Assembly: GCA_964633225.1 (NCBI GenBank) | Contig: CAZWFQ010000002.1 | Span: 26,469 to 90,468 of the forward strand | Direction of reading: 5' to 3' | Source of the DNA: an uncultured Anaerolineaceae bacterium | GTDB lineage: Bacteria; Chloroflexota; Anaerolineae; Anaerolineales; UBA4823 | DNA: 64,000 bases | Part shown: positions 18,762-29,075 of the stretch, piece by piece | How the letters are laid out: each line of letters opens with the position of its first letter | Position numbering within the stretch: position 1 is the first letter of the stretch | Notes under the pieces: generated by a model | What the model was told of the DNA's origin: nothing | Database searches by the model: none | Seen by the model: only the letters and a program-made list of their open reading frames with translations | Translations under genes and position numbers: made by a program

Positions 18762-21700
18762 ATGGTTGATACTATTCAAAACTCGCCATCTGGCAAACAG
18801 GACTCTCTTTTTCATCGGTGGATCATTCCTGGTGTCGTGCTGTTATACCAGATCCTGGGGCTGATTGCTTTTGCCGCTTATGCCGCTGCGGCCATCCGCT
18901 ATGTCGGGCAGCCCTTCTTGGGAGCCTTTGTAGAGCACACTCTCTACATTAGTAACACCGGGGCTGGCAATACCGAATGGGAACTGGCCCAGAAAATCGA
19001 TCAACACATCAAAAGTGTTAGGGCGCTCAGCGCGGAGGAAGATCCGTCCGAGCAAATTGACCGTTTCGGCTACCGGCTCACATCGCTGGATGGCGAGGAA
19101 GTTGTTGACCACTTCCAGCTAAACGAGATGCTTGCCCAACGCCAGGTTGGGGACCAGGTGAACCTGGTGATCACCACCCCTGAGGGCCAAACGATCACCC
19201 AGAGCATCACCCTGGGCAAGTTCCCGGTATCAGACCAATTCAGTTACTTTTACATCCCCTACGCAACCGGCATCATTTACCTGATTGCCAGCCTGTGGGT
19301 CTTCACCTTAAGGCGGCGCGACACGGCTGGGCAAGCTTTTGCAGCCTTCTCCACTTCAGCGGCCCTGGCCCTGGCTGGCTTCTTAGATATGTCAGCCACT
19401 AGTTGGCTGGTGACTGTGTGGACGGCGGCAATGGCCTTTGTGGGCGGCTCGCTGGTCAGCCTGGCAATGATCTTTCCGATTGAACACCGCCTGGCGATCC
19501 GCTTCCCCATTATGCGCTGGATTGGCTATGCAATCTCAGCCGGCCTGGCAATTTGGGGATTGACCACGATGTACAACTATAGCTATCCTGAGGCCTACGT
19601 CTTGCCCTGGAGGTTTTCATTTGTATGGGCTGGTGTCGCCATCCTGGCCTTTGTATTGTTCACCACAGCCCGGTTAATTTCCACCTCAATTCCAGTCGTA
19701 CGCGAGCAAACGCGCCTGATCTTCTTTGGTGCGCTGCTTGCCTTCGGGCCGCTAGGCCTGTTCTTTTTCATCACATCAATTTTACAAACGCGTTTCCAAC
19801 CCTGGTTGTTCTTGACCCTGGTTGCCTTCCCAACGGCGGTGGCTTACGCCATCTTGCGTTACCGCAACCTGAACACCGATTACCTGTTCAGCCGCGGCAT
19901 TCTATACGGCATGCTGCTGGCACTGGTGATCGCGGCTTATGCCTTATTGGTGGCGGGGCTGGGGCTGGTCTTTGGACGGGAAACCGTGCTCTCAAGTCCA
20001 TATCTGGCGGGGGCGGTTATCTTCATCTTGGCATTGGCTTTCATGCCAGTGCGGCAGCGTCTCCAGGATGCGATTGATAAGGCCTTTGCACGGGGGCAAT
20101 CGGCTTACCGCAGCCGCCTGCAAGCCTTTGGGCGTGAGTTAACTCGCAGCATGGATCTGCCGGGCATCCTGTCGCTGCTGCGGCAGTATGTAGAAGACGA
20201 CCTGGTGCCAGTTCACATGCACCTGTACACACATGACCCTCTCACCGATCACTACGTTGCCGCAAGCAATAGTGCTTCTCGCGTAGATTCAACCAGCGAC
20301 CTGCGGTTTCCTCCAAGCAGTGCCCTGATCAAAACCCTGGCTCAACAACGCAGTTCCATCTTCCTGGGTGAAAGCAAAACGCTGCAGCCATCCCTGGAGC
20401 CCGAGCGAGCCCGCATTGCATTGCTGGGAGCGCAGCTCTTTGTGCCCTTGCCCGGCCGGCAGAAATTGACTGGCTGGCTGGCCCTGGGGGCGCGCCGCTC
20501 TGGCGAGCCTTACAATCGTCACGACCTGGAATTCCTCGAATCGCTCTGCGACCAGGCCGCCCTGGCGATTGAGCGCGCCCAGGTGGTTGCCGACCTGGAA
20601 CGCCGCGTGCACGCCATGAATGTGCTAACGCGCGTTTCACAGGGCATCAATGTTACGATCATGTTTGACGATATCCTGGAATTGATCTATGCCCAGACCA
20701 ACCAAGTCATTCCCACCAGAGATTTCCGCATCACCCTTCAAGATGATACCAGCGAAATACCCTATCACGTTTTCTACCTTGAAAACGATGAACGCCTGAC
20801 TGAGCGCGAAAACCAACCCATCCCAATTACCCAGGGGCTGGAACGCGAGATTCTAAAAATCCGCCGCGCTATTGTTACTGAAGATTACGAGAGCGAATGC
20901 CGTGCTAGGGGCACCCTGCCGGCTGCCAAGAACATCTACTCATGGGTAGGCGTGCCCCTCAACACGGGTGCTTCTACCATTGGCGTGCTCAGCCTGGGCA
21001 GCCGCGACTCAACCATCATCTTCACAGACGAGCAAATTAACCTGCTGCAGGCCATTGCCGACCAGGCTGCCGGAGCGATTGTCAAAGCACGCCTGTTGCA
21101 AGAGGCCGAACGCCGCACACGCCAGCTTACGTCGCTAAACGAAGTTGCACGCAGTCTGACATCTACCCTGGAATTAGAGCCCCTGCTCAATCAGATCCTT
21201 AACAGCGCCGTAGAAATCCTCAACTGCGAAGCCGGCAGCTTGCTGCTGGTGGAGCAAGAGACCGGCGAACTGATATTTGTGGTGGCGGTCGGCCCGGTGG
21301 GCTCAGACCTGGTAGGGAAACACCTGCCGCCCGGCACGGGCCTGGTGGGCAAAGCCGTTGATTCGCGGCTGCCTCTGATCCAAAATGACGTTCGGCGCAG
21401 CAAAGAATGGTTCGATAAATCGGACGAGCAAACCGGGTTTACCACCAACGACCTTTTGGTGGTGCCCATGCAGGTCAAGGATCAAGTTTCTGGCGTTATC
21501 GAGGTCATCAACCGCAAAGACGGACTGCCCTTCAATTCAGACGACCAGGAATTGTTGATGGCTTTCACCAGCCAGGCTGCGGTGGCGCTCGAAAATGCCC
21601 GTTTGTATACCCAGACTGACCAGACCCTCTCGGAGCGCGTGGAAGAGCTCTCGGTCATGCAGCGCATTGATCGCGAGCTGAATGCCAGCCTGGATGTTGG

Positions 21701-22871
21701 GCGTGCCATGCACATCACGCTGGAATGGGCAATGCGGCAGTCAAAAGCCGATGCGGGGTTGATTGGCGTTGTTGATAAAGAACTGAATAAGATCCGCATC
21801 ACAGCATCGCAAGGCTACACCAACGAGCTGAATACTTTTAAAGATTCGCTCTTACCTGGGGATTTGCCTTCGATCAACGAAGCCATTACATCTGGCCAGC
21901 CGCAATGCATGCTGGTGGCAGACACGGCTTCTCTGGACGGAGCACGCCGGTCGAACATCCTGAAACGCAGCAAAAGCCAGGTCATTATCCCCATCCGCCG
22001 CGAATCCGAGGTGATTGGAGTGGTGATGCTCGAAAGCCTGGAGGCCGAAACCTGCCCAGAGGATGTCCTGGCGTTCCTCTCCCGCCTGAGCGATCACTCT
22101 GCCATCGCCATTTCCAATGCCCAGCTTTTCGCAGCCATCCAGGCAGCCAACCAGGCGAAGAGCGAGTTCGTTTCATTTGTATCTCATGAGCTAAAGACGC
22201 CCATGACCTCCATCCGTGGCTTCTCAGATCTACTGGCTGCGGGTGTGGTGGGGCCCGTTAACGAAGCCCAGCTCAACTTCTTAGGCACCATCCGTTCTAA
22301 CGTGGAACGCATGGCCACCCTGGTCTCAGACCTGGCAGACGTCAGCCGCATCGAAGCCGGCCGCCTGCGACTGGATTTCGCTGCCGTTTCAGTGGCCGAG
22401 CTAGTTGACGAAGTGGTGCGTTCTGCTCGCGCCCAGATCGAAGATAAGCAACAAACCATCGAATTGCAAATCCCCGGCGATCTTGCACCCATGTGGGGCG
22501 ACCGCATGCGGCTGATCCAGGTGCTGACCAACCTGGTGAACAACGCCTACAAATACACCCCACAAAATGGCCATATCATTGTGGCGGCCGAACAAACCAA
22601 GAATACCTGGAACCCTGAAGGTGCGCCAATAGTTATTCACCTATGGGTCAAAGACAATGGGCTTGGCATCAGCCCCGAGCACCAAAAGAAGATCTTCCAA
22701 AAATTCTACCGTGCCGAAGATACCAAGATCCGTGACATCCCTGGCACTGGCCTGGGCCTGAACATCACGAAAACCCTGGTAGAGATGCAGGGTGGGCAGA
22801 TTTGGTTCGAGAGCGAAGTGGATCAGGGCACAACCTTCCACTTCACCACCCCCATCGTCGAAAGCGCGTAG
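18762..22871 (+). CDS. Multi-TM sensor histidine kinase with a PDZ-like ectodomain and multiple GAF domains.
   Basis: 1369 aa. TM1, a PDZ-like segment (GDQVNLVITTPEGQTITQSITLG), about nine more TM helices, about four GAF-like repeats, H-box SHELKTPMTSIRGF, and HATPase boxes DNGLGI and GTGLGL. Confidence 0.85.
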   Translation: MVDTIQNSPSGKQDSLFHRWIIPGVVLLYQILGLIAFAAYAAAAIRYVGQPFLGAFVEHTLYISNTGAGNTEWELAQKIDQHIKSVRALSAEEDPSEQIDRFGYRLTSLDGEEVVDHFQLNEMLAQRQVGDQVNLVITTPEGQTITQSITLGKFPVSDQFSYFYIPYATGIIYLIASLWVFTLRRRDTAGQAFAAFSTSAALALAGFLDMSATSWLVTVWTAAMAFVGGSLVSLAMIFPIEHRLAIRFPIMRWIGYAISAGLAIWGLTTMYNYSYPEAYVLPWRFSFVWAGVAILAFVLFTTARLISTSIPVVREQTRLIFFGALLAFGPLGLFFFITSILQTRFQPWLFLTLVAFPTAVAYAILRYRNLNTDYLFSRGILYGMLLALVIAAYALLVAGLGLVFGRETVLSSPYLAGAVIFILALAFMPVRQRLQDAIDKAFARGQSAYRSRLQAFGRELTRSMDLPGILSLLRQYVEDDLVPVHMHLYTHDPLTDHYVAASNSASRVDSTSDLRFPPSSALIKTLAQQRSSIFLGESKTLQPSLEPERARIALLGAQLFVPLPGRQKLTGWLALGARRSGEPYNRHDLEFLESLCDQAALAIERAQVVADLERRVHAMNVLTRVSQGINVTIMFDDILELIYAQTNQVIPTRDFRITLQDDTSEIPYHVFYLENDERLTERENQPIPITQGLEREILKIRRAIVTEDYESECRARGTLPAAKNIYSWVGVPLNTGASTIGVLSLGSRDSTIIFTDEQINLLQAIADQAAGAIVKARLLQEAERRTRQLTSLNEVARSLTSTLELEPLLNQILNSAVEILNCEAGSLLLVEQETGELIFVVAVGPVGSDLVGKHLPPGTGLVGKAVDSRLPLIQNDVRRSKEWFDKSDEQTGFTTNDLLVVPMQVKDQVSGVIEVINRKDGLPFNSDDQELLMAFTSQAAVALENARLYTQTDQTLSERVEELSVMQRIDRELNASLDVGRAMHITLEWAMRQSKADAGLIGVVDKELNKIRITASQGYTNELNTFKDSLLPGDLPSINEAITSGQPQCMLVADTASLDGARRSNILKRSKSQVIIPIRRESEVIGVVMLESLEAETCPEDVLAFLSRLSDHSAIAISNAQLFAAIQAANQAKSEFVSFVSHELKTPMTSIRGFSDLLAAGVVGPVNEAQLNFLGTIRSNVERMATLVSDLADVSRIEAGRLRLDFAAVSVAELVDEVVRSARAQIEDKQQTIELQIPGDLAPMWGDRMRLIQVLTNLVNNAYKYTPQNGHIIVAAEQTKNTWNPEGAPIVIHLWVKDNGLGISPEHQKKIFQKFYRAEDTKIRDIPGTGLGLNITKTLVEMQGGQIWFESEVDQGTTFHFTTPIVESA

Positions 22872-22882
22872 AAAGGAACGCC

Positions 22883-24058
22883 ATGACTCTCACGGCAGTT
22901 GTTGGACAGGCACAGGCATTAGAGGGCCGCGAAGCGGCTGCACAGGCCACCCACCGCGCCCTGGACCAAATCGGCCGCAACCAGGCTGTTTTTGGCATCA
23001 TCATTGCCTCGCACTACCATGCCATCCAGCAGGTGTTAACTGGAGCATCTACGCTGTTAGGCGACATCCCCCTGCTAGGCCTGAGCACCAATGCTGAGAT
23101 CACAGAAGAAGGCCAGTCACAACGTTCGGTGGTGGTGGCTTTGGTAGCTGGTGATGGGGTCAGCGTCAAAGCAGATTGGTGGGGCGGGTTTGGTGAAGAC
23201 AGCCGGGGGGTTGCACAACGCATGGCGCAGGCCCTGCAACTGTTTCATTCTGATGGCACCCTGCTGGTGGTTGCAGACGGCTTCACCGGAGATGCCAAAC
23301 AGTTTTGCGCCGGGCTGCCTGCCGGCGAATACAACCTGGCTGGCTGCCTGGCAGGCGGGGCGCTCAACCAGGCTCGCACCTATCAAATCGGCGGACGCCA
23401 GTCTGGCACAAATGGCCTTGCAGCAGCCCTGATCAGCGGCAAACTGGCAACCGGTGTTGGCTATGCGCACGGATGGGAGCCGGTTGGCTCTTATTATCGC
23501 GTCACCCGTTCACAAGGCCCTTGGGTGCGCATGCTAGATGAAGTCTCGGTCGCCGAAGCCTATTCCCGGTTGTTCAAATACCCGGCGCGCCAGTGGGCGT
23601 ATCCGCCTTTGAACGAGCTGGTTCGTCTCTATCCGTTAGGCATCGAACAAAAAGCAAATGCCCCCCTCCTGGTGCGCTCACCGCTGCGGATGGAAACAGA
23701 TGGCAGCTTGCGCATGAACACCCTCGTCCCCGAAGGTGTTACAGCCCACTTGCTGGTAGGCAGTATTGAAAACTGTCTCGAAGCAGCTCGACAGGCTGCC
23801 CAAACGGCCATCGATGCTTTGAATGGAGCGCGCCCGGTTTTGGCATTGGTCTTTGCGGATATTGCCTGGCAAATGCTGTTCGAGTCAAACGCTGAGCAAG
23901 ATTTACAAGTCATTCGCGAAGTGATCGGCCCCGACGTGCCCATCGCAGGTGGCTATACCTTTGGACAGCTTGCCCGCGTGAACACCAAAGGCAAAAAAGG
24001 CGCCCCAGAATTATTGAACCAACAAATAGAAATCGTTTTGTTTGGGGCTCCATCCTAA
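22883..24058 (+). CDS. FIST-domain sensory protein.
   Basis: 391 aa from the ATG at 22883, 11 nt after the kinase stop with GAAAGGAA upstream. The track start at 22802 overlaps the kinase and is unsupported. The overall FIST_N/FIST_C-like pattern was judged by eye. Confidence 0.6.
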   Translation: MTLTAVVGQAQALEGREAAAQATHRALDQIGRNQAVFGIIIASHYHAIQQVLTGASTLLGDIPLLGLSTNAEITEEGQSQRSVVVALVAGDGVSVKADWWGGFGEDSRGVAQRMAQALQLFHSDGTLLVVADGFTGDAKQFCAGLPAGEYNLAGCLAGGALNQARTYQIGGRQSGTNGLAAALISGKLATGVGYAHGWEPVGSYYRVTRSQGPWVRMLDEVSVAEAYSRLFKYPARQWAYPPLNELVRLYPLGIEQKANAPLLVRSPLRMETDGSLRMNTLVPEGVTAHLLVGSIENCLEAARQAAQTAIDALNGARPVLALVFADIAWQMLFESNAEQDLQVIREVIGPDVPIAGGYTFGQLARVNTKGKKGAPELLNQQIEIVLFGAPS

Positions 24059-24063
24059 AACAT

Positions 24064-24105
24064 AGCAGACGGGGCGGCAGGAACAGCCGCCCCGTCTGCT
24101 TTTAT
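24064..24105. terminator. Bidirectional rho-independent terminator between the convergent FIST gene and trpB2.
   Basis: A 15-bp GC-rich stem (AGCAGACGGGGCGGC at 24064-24078 pairing with GCCGCCCCGTCTGCT at 24086-24100) followed by TTTAT. Confidence 0.65.
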
Positions 24106-24106
24106 G

Positions 24107-25480
24107 CTATGCCGGCACCATCACCTTGGGTAGATTTTCCAATGAGGCCTGGATGGCTTCAGTGGGGTATTCGTAATCGTCCAACTTGCCACTCAAGTAT
24201 GCCTGGTATGAAGCCATATCAAAGTTACCATGCCCCGAGAGGTTGAACAGGATGACGCGCTTTTCACCTTTGCGCTTGGCATCCAGGGCCTCATCGATCG
24301 CGGCGCGGATAGCATGTGCAGATTCAGGTGCCGGCACCAGGCCCTCGGCGCGGGCAAACAGCAGTGCGGCATCAAAGGTTGTAAGCTGTTTGACAGCTAC
24401 GGCTTCAATATACCCGGCATCATACAAGGCGCAGAGCGAAGGCGCCATGCCGTGATACCTAAGCCCGCCCGCATGGATGGGTGCGGGGACGAAATCATGC
24501 CCCAGGGTGTGCATCTTGATCACCGGCGCCATCCGGGCAGTATCCCCGTAATCAAAGGTATAGGTGCCCTTAGTCAGCGATGGAGTGGCGGTTGGCTCAA
24601 CTGCCAACAGGCGTGCACGCTGCCCATTGCGCAGATTCTCGCGCAAGAAGGGGTACGCAATCCCGGCAAAATTCGAGCCGCCGCCCACGCACCCAATCAC
24701 AACATCGGGATATTCGCCCGCCATATCCATTTGCTTAAGCGCCTCTTCTCCAATCACCGACTGGTGCATCAAAACATGGTTCAATACCGATCCCAGGCTG
24801 TATTTCTTATGCCCGCCTGACATCGCGGCCACTTCAACCGCCTCAGAAATTGCCATCCCCAGCGAACCAGGGGTATCGGGTGTTTCAGCCAACACCGAAC
24901 GGCCATAATGGGTCTGGTTGGTGGGGCTCGAGAACACCTGGGCGCCAAAAGCCTCCATCAAAACACGACGATGCGGTTTGTGATCGTATGAAACCCGGAC
25001 CATGTACACTTCCACATCCATATCGAAAAAGTTGCCAGCCATCGCCAAAGCCGTCCCCCACTGCCCGGCACCAGTCTCAGTAGTCAGCGCACGAACGCCA
25101 GATATTTTATTGTAAAATGCCTGTGGAATAGCTGTATTAGGCTTATGGCTGCCGGCCGGGGAAGCCCCCTCGTATTTATAGTAAATGTGAGCCGGGGTGC
25201 CCAGTTCCTTCTCCAGGCGCACAGCGCGCACCAATGGGGTTGGCCTCCACAACTTATAGATTTCACGCACTTCTTCAGGGATTTCGATATACCGCTCAGT
25301 GCTCATCTCTTGCATGATCAATTCCATCGGAAATAAAACCGACATAAAATCAGGCGTCACTGGCTCTAAAGTTTGTGGATTAAGCACAGGCGTATGCGGC
25401 ACCGGCGAATCACCGAAAATGTTGTACCAAAATTTCGGCAGATCTGATTCGTTCAGAAGAAAATGGGTTTGAGTGGACAT
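24107..25480 (-). CDS. trpB: TrpB2-type tryptophan synthase beta-like PLP enzyme (stand-alone).
   Basis: 457 aa, the long TrpB2 form. PLP-lysine block [10 protein letters not shown] and glycine loop [20 protein letters not shown] at 25493-25487. Confidence 0.85.
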   Translation of the reverse strand: MSTQTHFLLNESDLPKFWYNIFGDSPVPHTPVLNPQTLEPVTPDFMSVLFPMELIMQEMSTERYIEIPEEVREIYKLWRPTPLVRAVRLEKELGTPAHIYYKYEGASPAGSHKPNTAIPQAFYNKISGVRALTTETGAGQWGTALAMAGNFFDMDVEVYMVRVSYDHKPHRRVLMEAFGAQVFSSPTNQTHYGRSVLAETPDTPGSLGMAISEAVEVAAMSGGHKKYSLGSVLNHVLMHQSVIGEEALKQMDMAGEYPDVVIGCVGGGSNFAGIAYPFLRENLRNGQRARLLAVEPTATPSLTKGTYTFDYGDTARMAPVIKMHTLGHDFVPAPIHAGGLRYHGMAPSLCALYDAGYIEAVAVKQLTTFDAALLFARAEGLVPAPESAHAIRAAIDEALDAKRKGEKRVILFNLSGHGNFDMASYQAYLSGKLDDYEYPTEAIQASLENLPKVMVPA

Positions 25481-25506
25481 GGTAAGCCTCCTTGAGAAAG
25501 ATGATT

Positions 25507-25846
25507 AAATAAATACGCGCTCGTCCTCTTGGGGACGAACGCGCGCGCTCCGTGGTGCCACCCCGGTTAAGCAGCTTAACCAAAAACCCCGTCGATGATG
25601 CGACAGGGTATGAAAAGCCAGCTTCACTCGTTACGAGTACGGGCCAGAAGGCCGATACTCTTTGCCCTGATAACGGTGGCAGCTCCGGCTCGGGTTACTC
25701 CAACAATGCTTTCACACTGGTTTGACCCTGCAACTCTGAGGTCCATTCAACGCTGTCGTGCAGGCAAGGTTCTCATCATCTCCTTGCTCTCTGTACCGCC
25801 GTACAAGCGTGTACTCGTCCTCTTCATCGTCTTTGGTTATGAAGTT
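25507..25846 (-). promoter_or_regulatory. T-box riboswitch leader with a Trp (UGG) specifier and an intrinsic terminator.
   Basis: Minus strand, in order:
- GAUGA at 25828-25824
- AGUA at 25815-25812
- AGAGAG at 25792-25787
- specifier loop GAA-UGG-A, with UGG at 25745-25743
- T-box core GGGGUGGCACCACGG at 25564-25550
- terminator stem CGCGUUCGUCC/GGACGAGCGCG at 25543-25516, followed by UAUUUAUUU. Confidence 0.75.
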
Positions 25847-25852
25847 AGATGA

Positions 25853-25880
25853 ATTATACGGAGAAAGCCGGGTTTGTCAA
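25853..25880 (-). promoter_or_regulatory. Consensus sigma70 promoter driving the T-box leader and trpB2.
   Basis: Minus strand: TTGACA (25880-25875), a 16-nt spacer, then TATAAT (25858-25853). It lies immediately after the folA stop. Confidence 0.65.
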
Positions 25881-25884
25881 GTAG

Positions 25885-26388
25885 CTAAAACTTGGAGTCA
25901 GAGCGCTGCAAAACCTGGTAAGTGCTGGGATACTCATCGTTCTGGCTGGCGGGGAAAGCTTGCTCTTCCACCACATACCAGGCGCTGGCATCGATCTCGG
26001 GAAAGAAGGTATCGCAATGGGCCAGGGTGTGTACCCTGGTCAGGTAGATCCGATCTGCCAGATTCAAGGCCTGGGCATATACCTGCCCGCCGCCAATCAC
26101 AAACACATCTTCTGCACCGCCTTTCTGGGCAAGCGCCAAGGCATCTTCCAGAGAAGCAGACACCAGGCATCCTTCAGGATGATAATTGGCCGCCCGGCTC
26201 AAAACAATATTGACTCGCCCGGGCAAGGGCCGGCCGATTGAAACGTGTGTTTTCCGCCCCATGATCAAGTAATGCCCCATGGTCAGGCGCTTGAAGCGCT
26301 TTAGGTCTGCGGATAAATGCCAGGGGATTTCGCCAGCGCGGCCGATCCCGCCTTGCAGATCCATCGCCACGATCAAAGAAAGATTCAT
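25885..26388 (-). CDS. folA: Dihydrofolate reductase.
   Basis: 167 aa. [20 protein letters not shown] and GRKT blocks. ATGA overlap with the thyA stop. Confidence 0.9.
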   Translation of the reverse strand: MNLSLIVAMDLQGGIGRAGEIPWHLSADLKRFKRLTMGHYLIMGRKTHVSIGRPLPGRVNIVLSRAANYHPEGCLVSASLEDALALAQKGGAEDVFVIGGGQVYAQALNLADRIYLTRVHTLAHCDTFFPEIDASAWYVVEEQAFPASQNDEYPSTYQVLQRSDSKF

Positions 26389-27179
26389 ATCGAGATCTCC
26401 GCCTTAATGTGCGGATGAGCCTGGTAATTCAGCAGCTTGAAGTGTTCATACTGGAATTGGGAGATCGACTGAACCGAGGGTTCAAGCTGGAGGAGCGGCA
26501 GAGGATACGGTTGGCGGGCGAGTTGGAGGCGCGCTTGTTCGATATGGTTCAAGTACAGGTGTGCATCGCCCAGGGTGTGGACAAAATCACCCGGCTGCAA
26601 GCCGCACACCTGGGCAATCATCATGGTCAATAAGGAATATGAGGCAATGTTGAACGGCACACCCAAAAACACATCGGCAGAGCGCTGGTACATCTGACAA
26701 GAAAGCCTGCCGCTGGCTACATAGAACTGGAAGATCAGGTGACAGGGAGGCAGGGCCATTTTGTCAAGCTCGCCCACGTTCCAGGCATTGACGATCAAAC
26801 GCCTGGAATTGGGGTCTTCTTTGATCTGTGTGATGACCTGGGCAATCTGATCCACCAAACGCCCGTCAGCAGCCTGCCAGGCACGCCATTGCACACCATA
26901 CACCGGGCCCAACTCGCCGCTTTCATCTGCCCACTCGTTCCAGATGCTCACCCCATGTTCTTGCAAATAACGAATATTGCTTTCGCCGCGTAAAAACCAC
27001 AGCAGCTCGTGGATGATGGACTTTAGGTGCAGTTTTTTGGTGGTCAAAAGCGGGAAACCCGCACCCAGGTCAAAGCGCATCTGGTAGCCAAATATCGACA
27101 GGGTGCCCGTGCCTGTACGGTCAGGCTTCTCGATACCATGATCTAAAACATACTGCAACAAATCAAGGTACTGGCGCAA
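26385..27179 (-). CDS. thyA: Thymidylate synthase (ThyA type).
   Basis: 264 aa from the TTG at 27179, which is preceded by GGAGG plus 6 nt. The protein then begins (M)RQYLDLL, as in canonical ThyA. Active-site motif LPPCH. The track ATG at 27266 would add 29 non-homologous residues and overlap ribF by 86 nt. Confidence 0.9.
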   Translation of the reverse strand: MRQYLDLLQYVLDHGIEKPDRTGTGTLSIFGYQMRFDLGAGFPLLTTKKLHLKSIIHELLWFLRGESNIRYLQEHGVSIWNEWADESGELGPVYGVQWRAWQAADGRLVDQIAQVITQIKEDPNSRRLIVNAWNVGELDKMALPPCHLIFQFYVASGRLSCQMYQRSADVFLGVPFNIASYSLLTMMIAQVCGLQPGDFVHTLGDAHLYLNHIEQARLQLARQPYPLPLLQLEPSVQSISQFQYEHFKLLNYQAHPHIKAEISI

Positions 27180-27180
27180 T

Positions 27181-28119
27181 TCAAGCCTCCACGTTGGCAG
27201 CCACAACAAACCGAGTCTGTTGAATATCCTGCTGGATCTGCTCAACCAGGGCTTCCGTATCCACAAAGCGCTGCTCGTCGCGCAGATGTTCCAAAAAACT
27301 CAACTGAACCGTTTTACCGTACAAGTCGCCGGAAAAATCTAACAAGTGAGCTTCAATGTACGGGAGGGGATCTTGCCCGTCAAACGTTGGACGCACGCCA
27401 ATGTTGGTGGCAGCAGGCCACTGCCGGCCTTCGATTTCAGCCAGGCAGGCATAGACACCCTTCCCGGGCACCAATTTCTCATCACCGGGGTCCAGGTTGG
27501 CGGTTGGGACGCCGATCGTGCGGCCACGCTTATCCCCATGCGTCACCTGTCCAGATAGGCGATAGGGCCGTCCCAGCAACTGGCTGGCCTGCCGCACCTG
27601 GCCTGCCCCCAACAGGGCGCGCACCTGGCTGGAAGAAACCACCTGGTCGCTGAACCACACAGGCGAGATAACATGCAGTTGATAGCCAAGCTGCGCCCCC
27701 AATTGGCGTAGCACATCCACGTTGCCCGAACGTGCGTGCCCCAGGGCAAAATCATGACCAACCCACAATTGACACAGACCCAGGCGCTCCTTGAGAGTTT
27801 GGAGAAAGCCTGGTGCAGAGGTGGCAGCAACCTGGAGATCAAATGGCTGGGTGATGACCACATCCACCCCCAGTTCTCCCAACAAGGCAGCCCGTTCATC
27901 GGGTAAAGTCAAATAAAATGCCCCCTTGCGCCCGCGCACCACCACAGCCGGGTGCGGGTGGAAGGTTAACACAACTGCCGGAGCACCCTCAGCGTGTGCT
28001 CCGGCAACTAAACCACGGATGATCTCCTGGTGACCAATGTGAACGCCATCAAAAGTGCCAATGGTCAACCAGGCATTCTGCAATGCCGCATCCACAATAG
28101 AAAGCAGATGTGCGACCAT
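27181..28119 (-). CDS. ribF: Bifunctional riboflavin kinase / FMN adenylyltransferase.
   Basis: 312 aa. N-terminal [10 protein letters not shown] nucleotidyltransferase motif and a C-terminal riboflavin kinase domain (PTANL...GVY). Confidence 0.9.
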   Translation of the reverse strand: MVAHLLSIVDAALQNAWLTIGTFDGVHIGHQEIIRGLVAGAHAEGAPAVVLTFHPHPAVVVRGRKGAFYLTLPDERAALLGELGVDVVITQPFDLQVAATSAPGFLQTLKERLGLCQLWVGHDFALGHARSGNVDVLRQLGAQLGYQLHVISPVWFSDQVVSSSQVRALLGAGQVRQASQLLGRPYRLSGQVTHGDKRGRTIGVPTANLDPGDEKLVPGKGVYACLAEIEGRQWPAATNIGVRPTFDGQDPLPYIEAHLLDFSGDLYGKTVQLSFLEHLRDEQRFVDTEALVEQIQQDIQQTRFVVAANVEA

Positions 28120-29042
28120 TAAGACGAGAAAAATACTTTACGCGGCTGCCATTCGCTGGTGGCCTCATCCACTTCCAACAGAGCCACCAGGTCGCCTTGC
28201 TGGCTGACGCCACGCGCCCAACCCTTGGCGCCCGGATCAGTGGGAACGCGGTGACCGTGGCGCACAAGCTCCACCTGGTCGGCATTCAATTCCACCATGG
28301 GCCAATCACCCAATGCCTCAGCGGCCGGGATGAGGTATTTATACCAATCGCCCGCATGAAAAGCCTCCTGCAAGCGGCGCAGCGGCACTGCATCACGCAG
28401 CGTAAAACGCCCACTTTTCGTACGGCGCAAGCCCATCAGGTGGGCACCGCACCCAAGCGCGGTTCCCAGGTCATTGGCTAATGAGCGCACATAGGTACCA
28501 GAAGAACAGAAAACGTCAATTACAGCCTCTGGCGGGTCCCACTCTAATAGCTCAAGGCTGTATACATTGATCGTGCGCGGCTCCAATTCAACTTCTTCGC
28601 CCTCACGGGCCATTTCATACGCCTTACGCCCGTGCACTTTGACGGCTGAATAAGGCGGGGGAACCTGCTTGATCTCGCCAACAAATTGTTGCAGCGCTTC
28701 TTCGAAATGTTCTTCGGTAATGCTGTCCACCGAGGTGGTAGCCGCTGAAGCTGTGACCCGCCCATCTGCATCATATGTATCCGTAGTACTGCCTAGGCTG
28801 ATCGTAGCCTGGTAACGCTTGTCAGAAGCAGAGACATATTCACTCAGGCGCACAGCCGGCCCCACTAGCACTACCAAAACCCCAGAGGCGCGCGGGTCAA
28901 GCGTGCCCGTATGCCCCGCCCTGCGAATGTCGGTTCCACGGCGGATGATCTGTACCACATCGTGCGAGGTGAGACCAACCGGTTTATCCACCACCAACAC
29001 ACCAGACACCACATTCTTGAGATGATCCTCTTGGTCGTTCAT
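28119..29042 (-). CDS. truB: tRNA pseudouridine-55 synthase.
   Basis: 307 aa. GHTGTLDPRASG catalytic Asp motif. Its stop and the ribF start share one base (TAATG). Confidence 0.92.
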   Translation of the reverse strand: MNDQEDHLKNVVSGVLVVDKPVGLTSHDVVQIIRRGTDIRRAGHTGTLDPRASGVLVVLVGPAVRLSEYVSASDKRYQATISLGSTTDTYDADGRVTASAATTSVDSITEEHFEEALQQFVGEIKQVPPPYSAVKVHGRKAYEMAREGEEVELEPRTINVYSLELLEWDPPEAVIDVFCSSGTYVRSLANDLGTALGCGAHLMGLRRTKSGRFTLRDAVPLRRLQEAFHAGDWYKYLIPAAEALGDWPMVELNADQVELVRHGHRVPTDPGAKGWARGVSQQGDLVALLEVDEATSEWQPRKVFFSS

Positions 29043-29075
29043 TGGGCTCTTCCTTCTATTTTAATGTCGTATCAA

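Noticed and set aside
22802-22882. Upstream extensions offered by the ORF track for several genes: FIST 22802, thyA 27266, nusA 34703, plsC 51794, hybrid kinase 61142, acpP 4762 and fni 4876.
   Set aside because: In each case the extension overlaps the preceding gene or lacks homology. A downstream start with an SD, or with a stop/start overlap, restores the canonical N-terminus: for example (M)RQYLDLL for ThyA and MKNEFVLAF for NusA.
25595-26213. Plus-strand ORFs (25595-25852 and 25758-26213) across the 404-nt gap and into folA.
   Set aside because: The gap is fully explained by a minus-strand T-box leader with promoter, specifier, T-box core and terminator. The plus-strand ORFs have no SD and overlap folA antisense.
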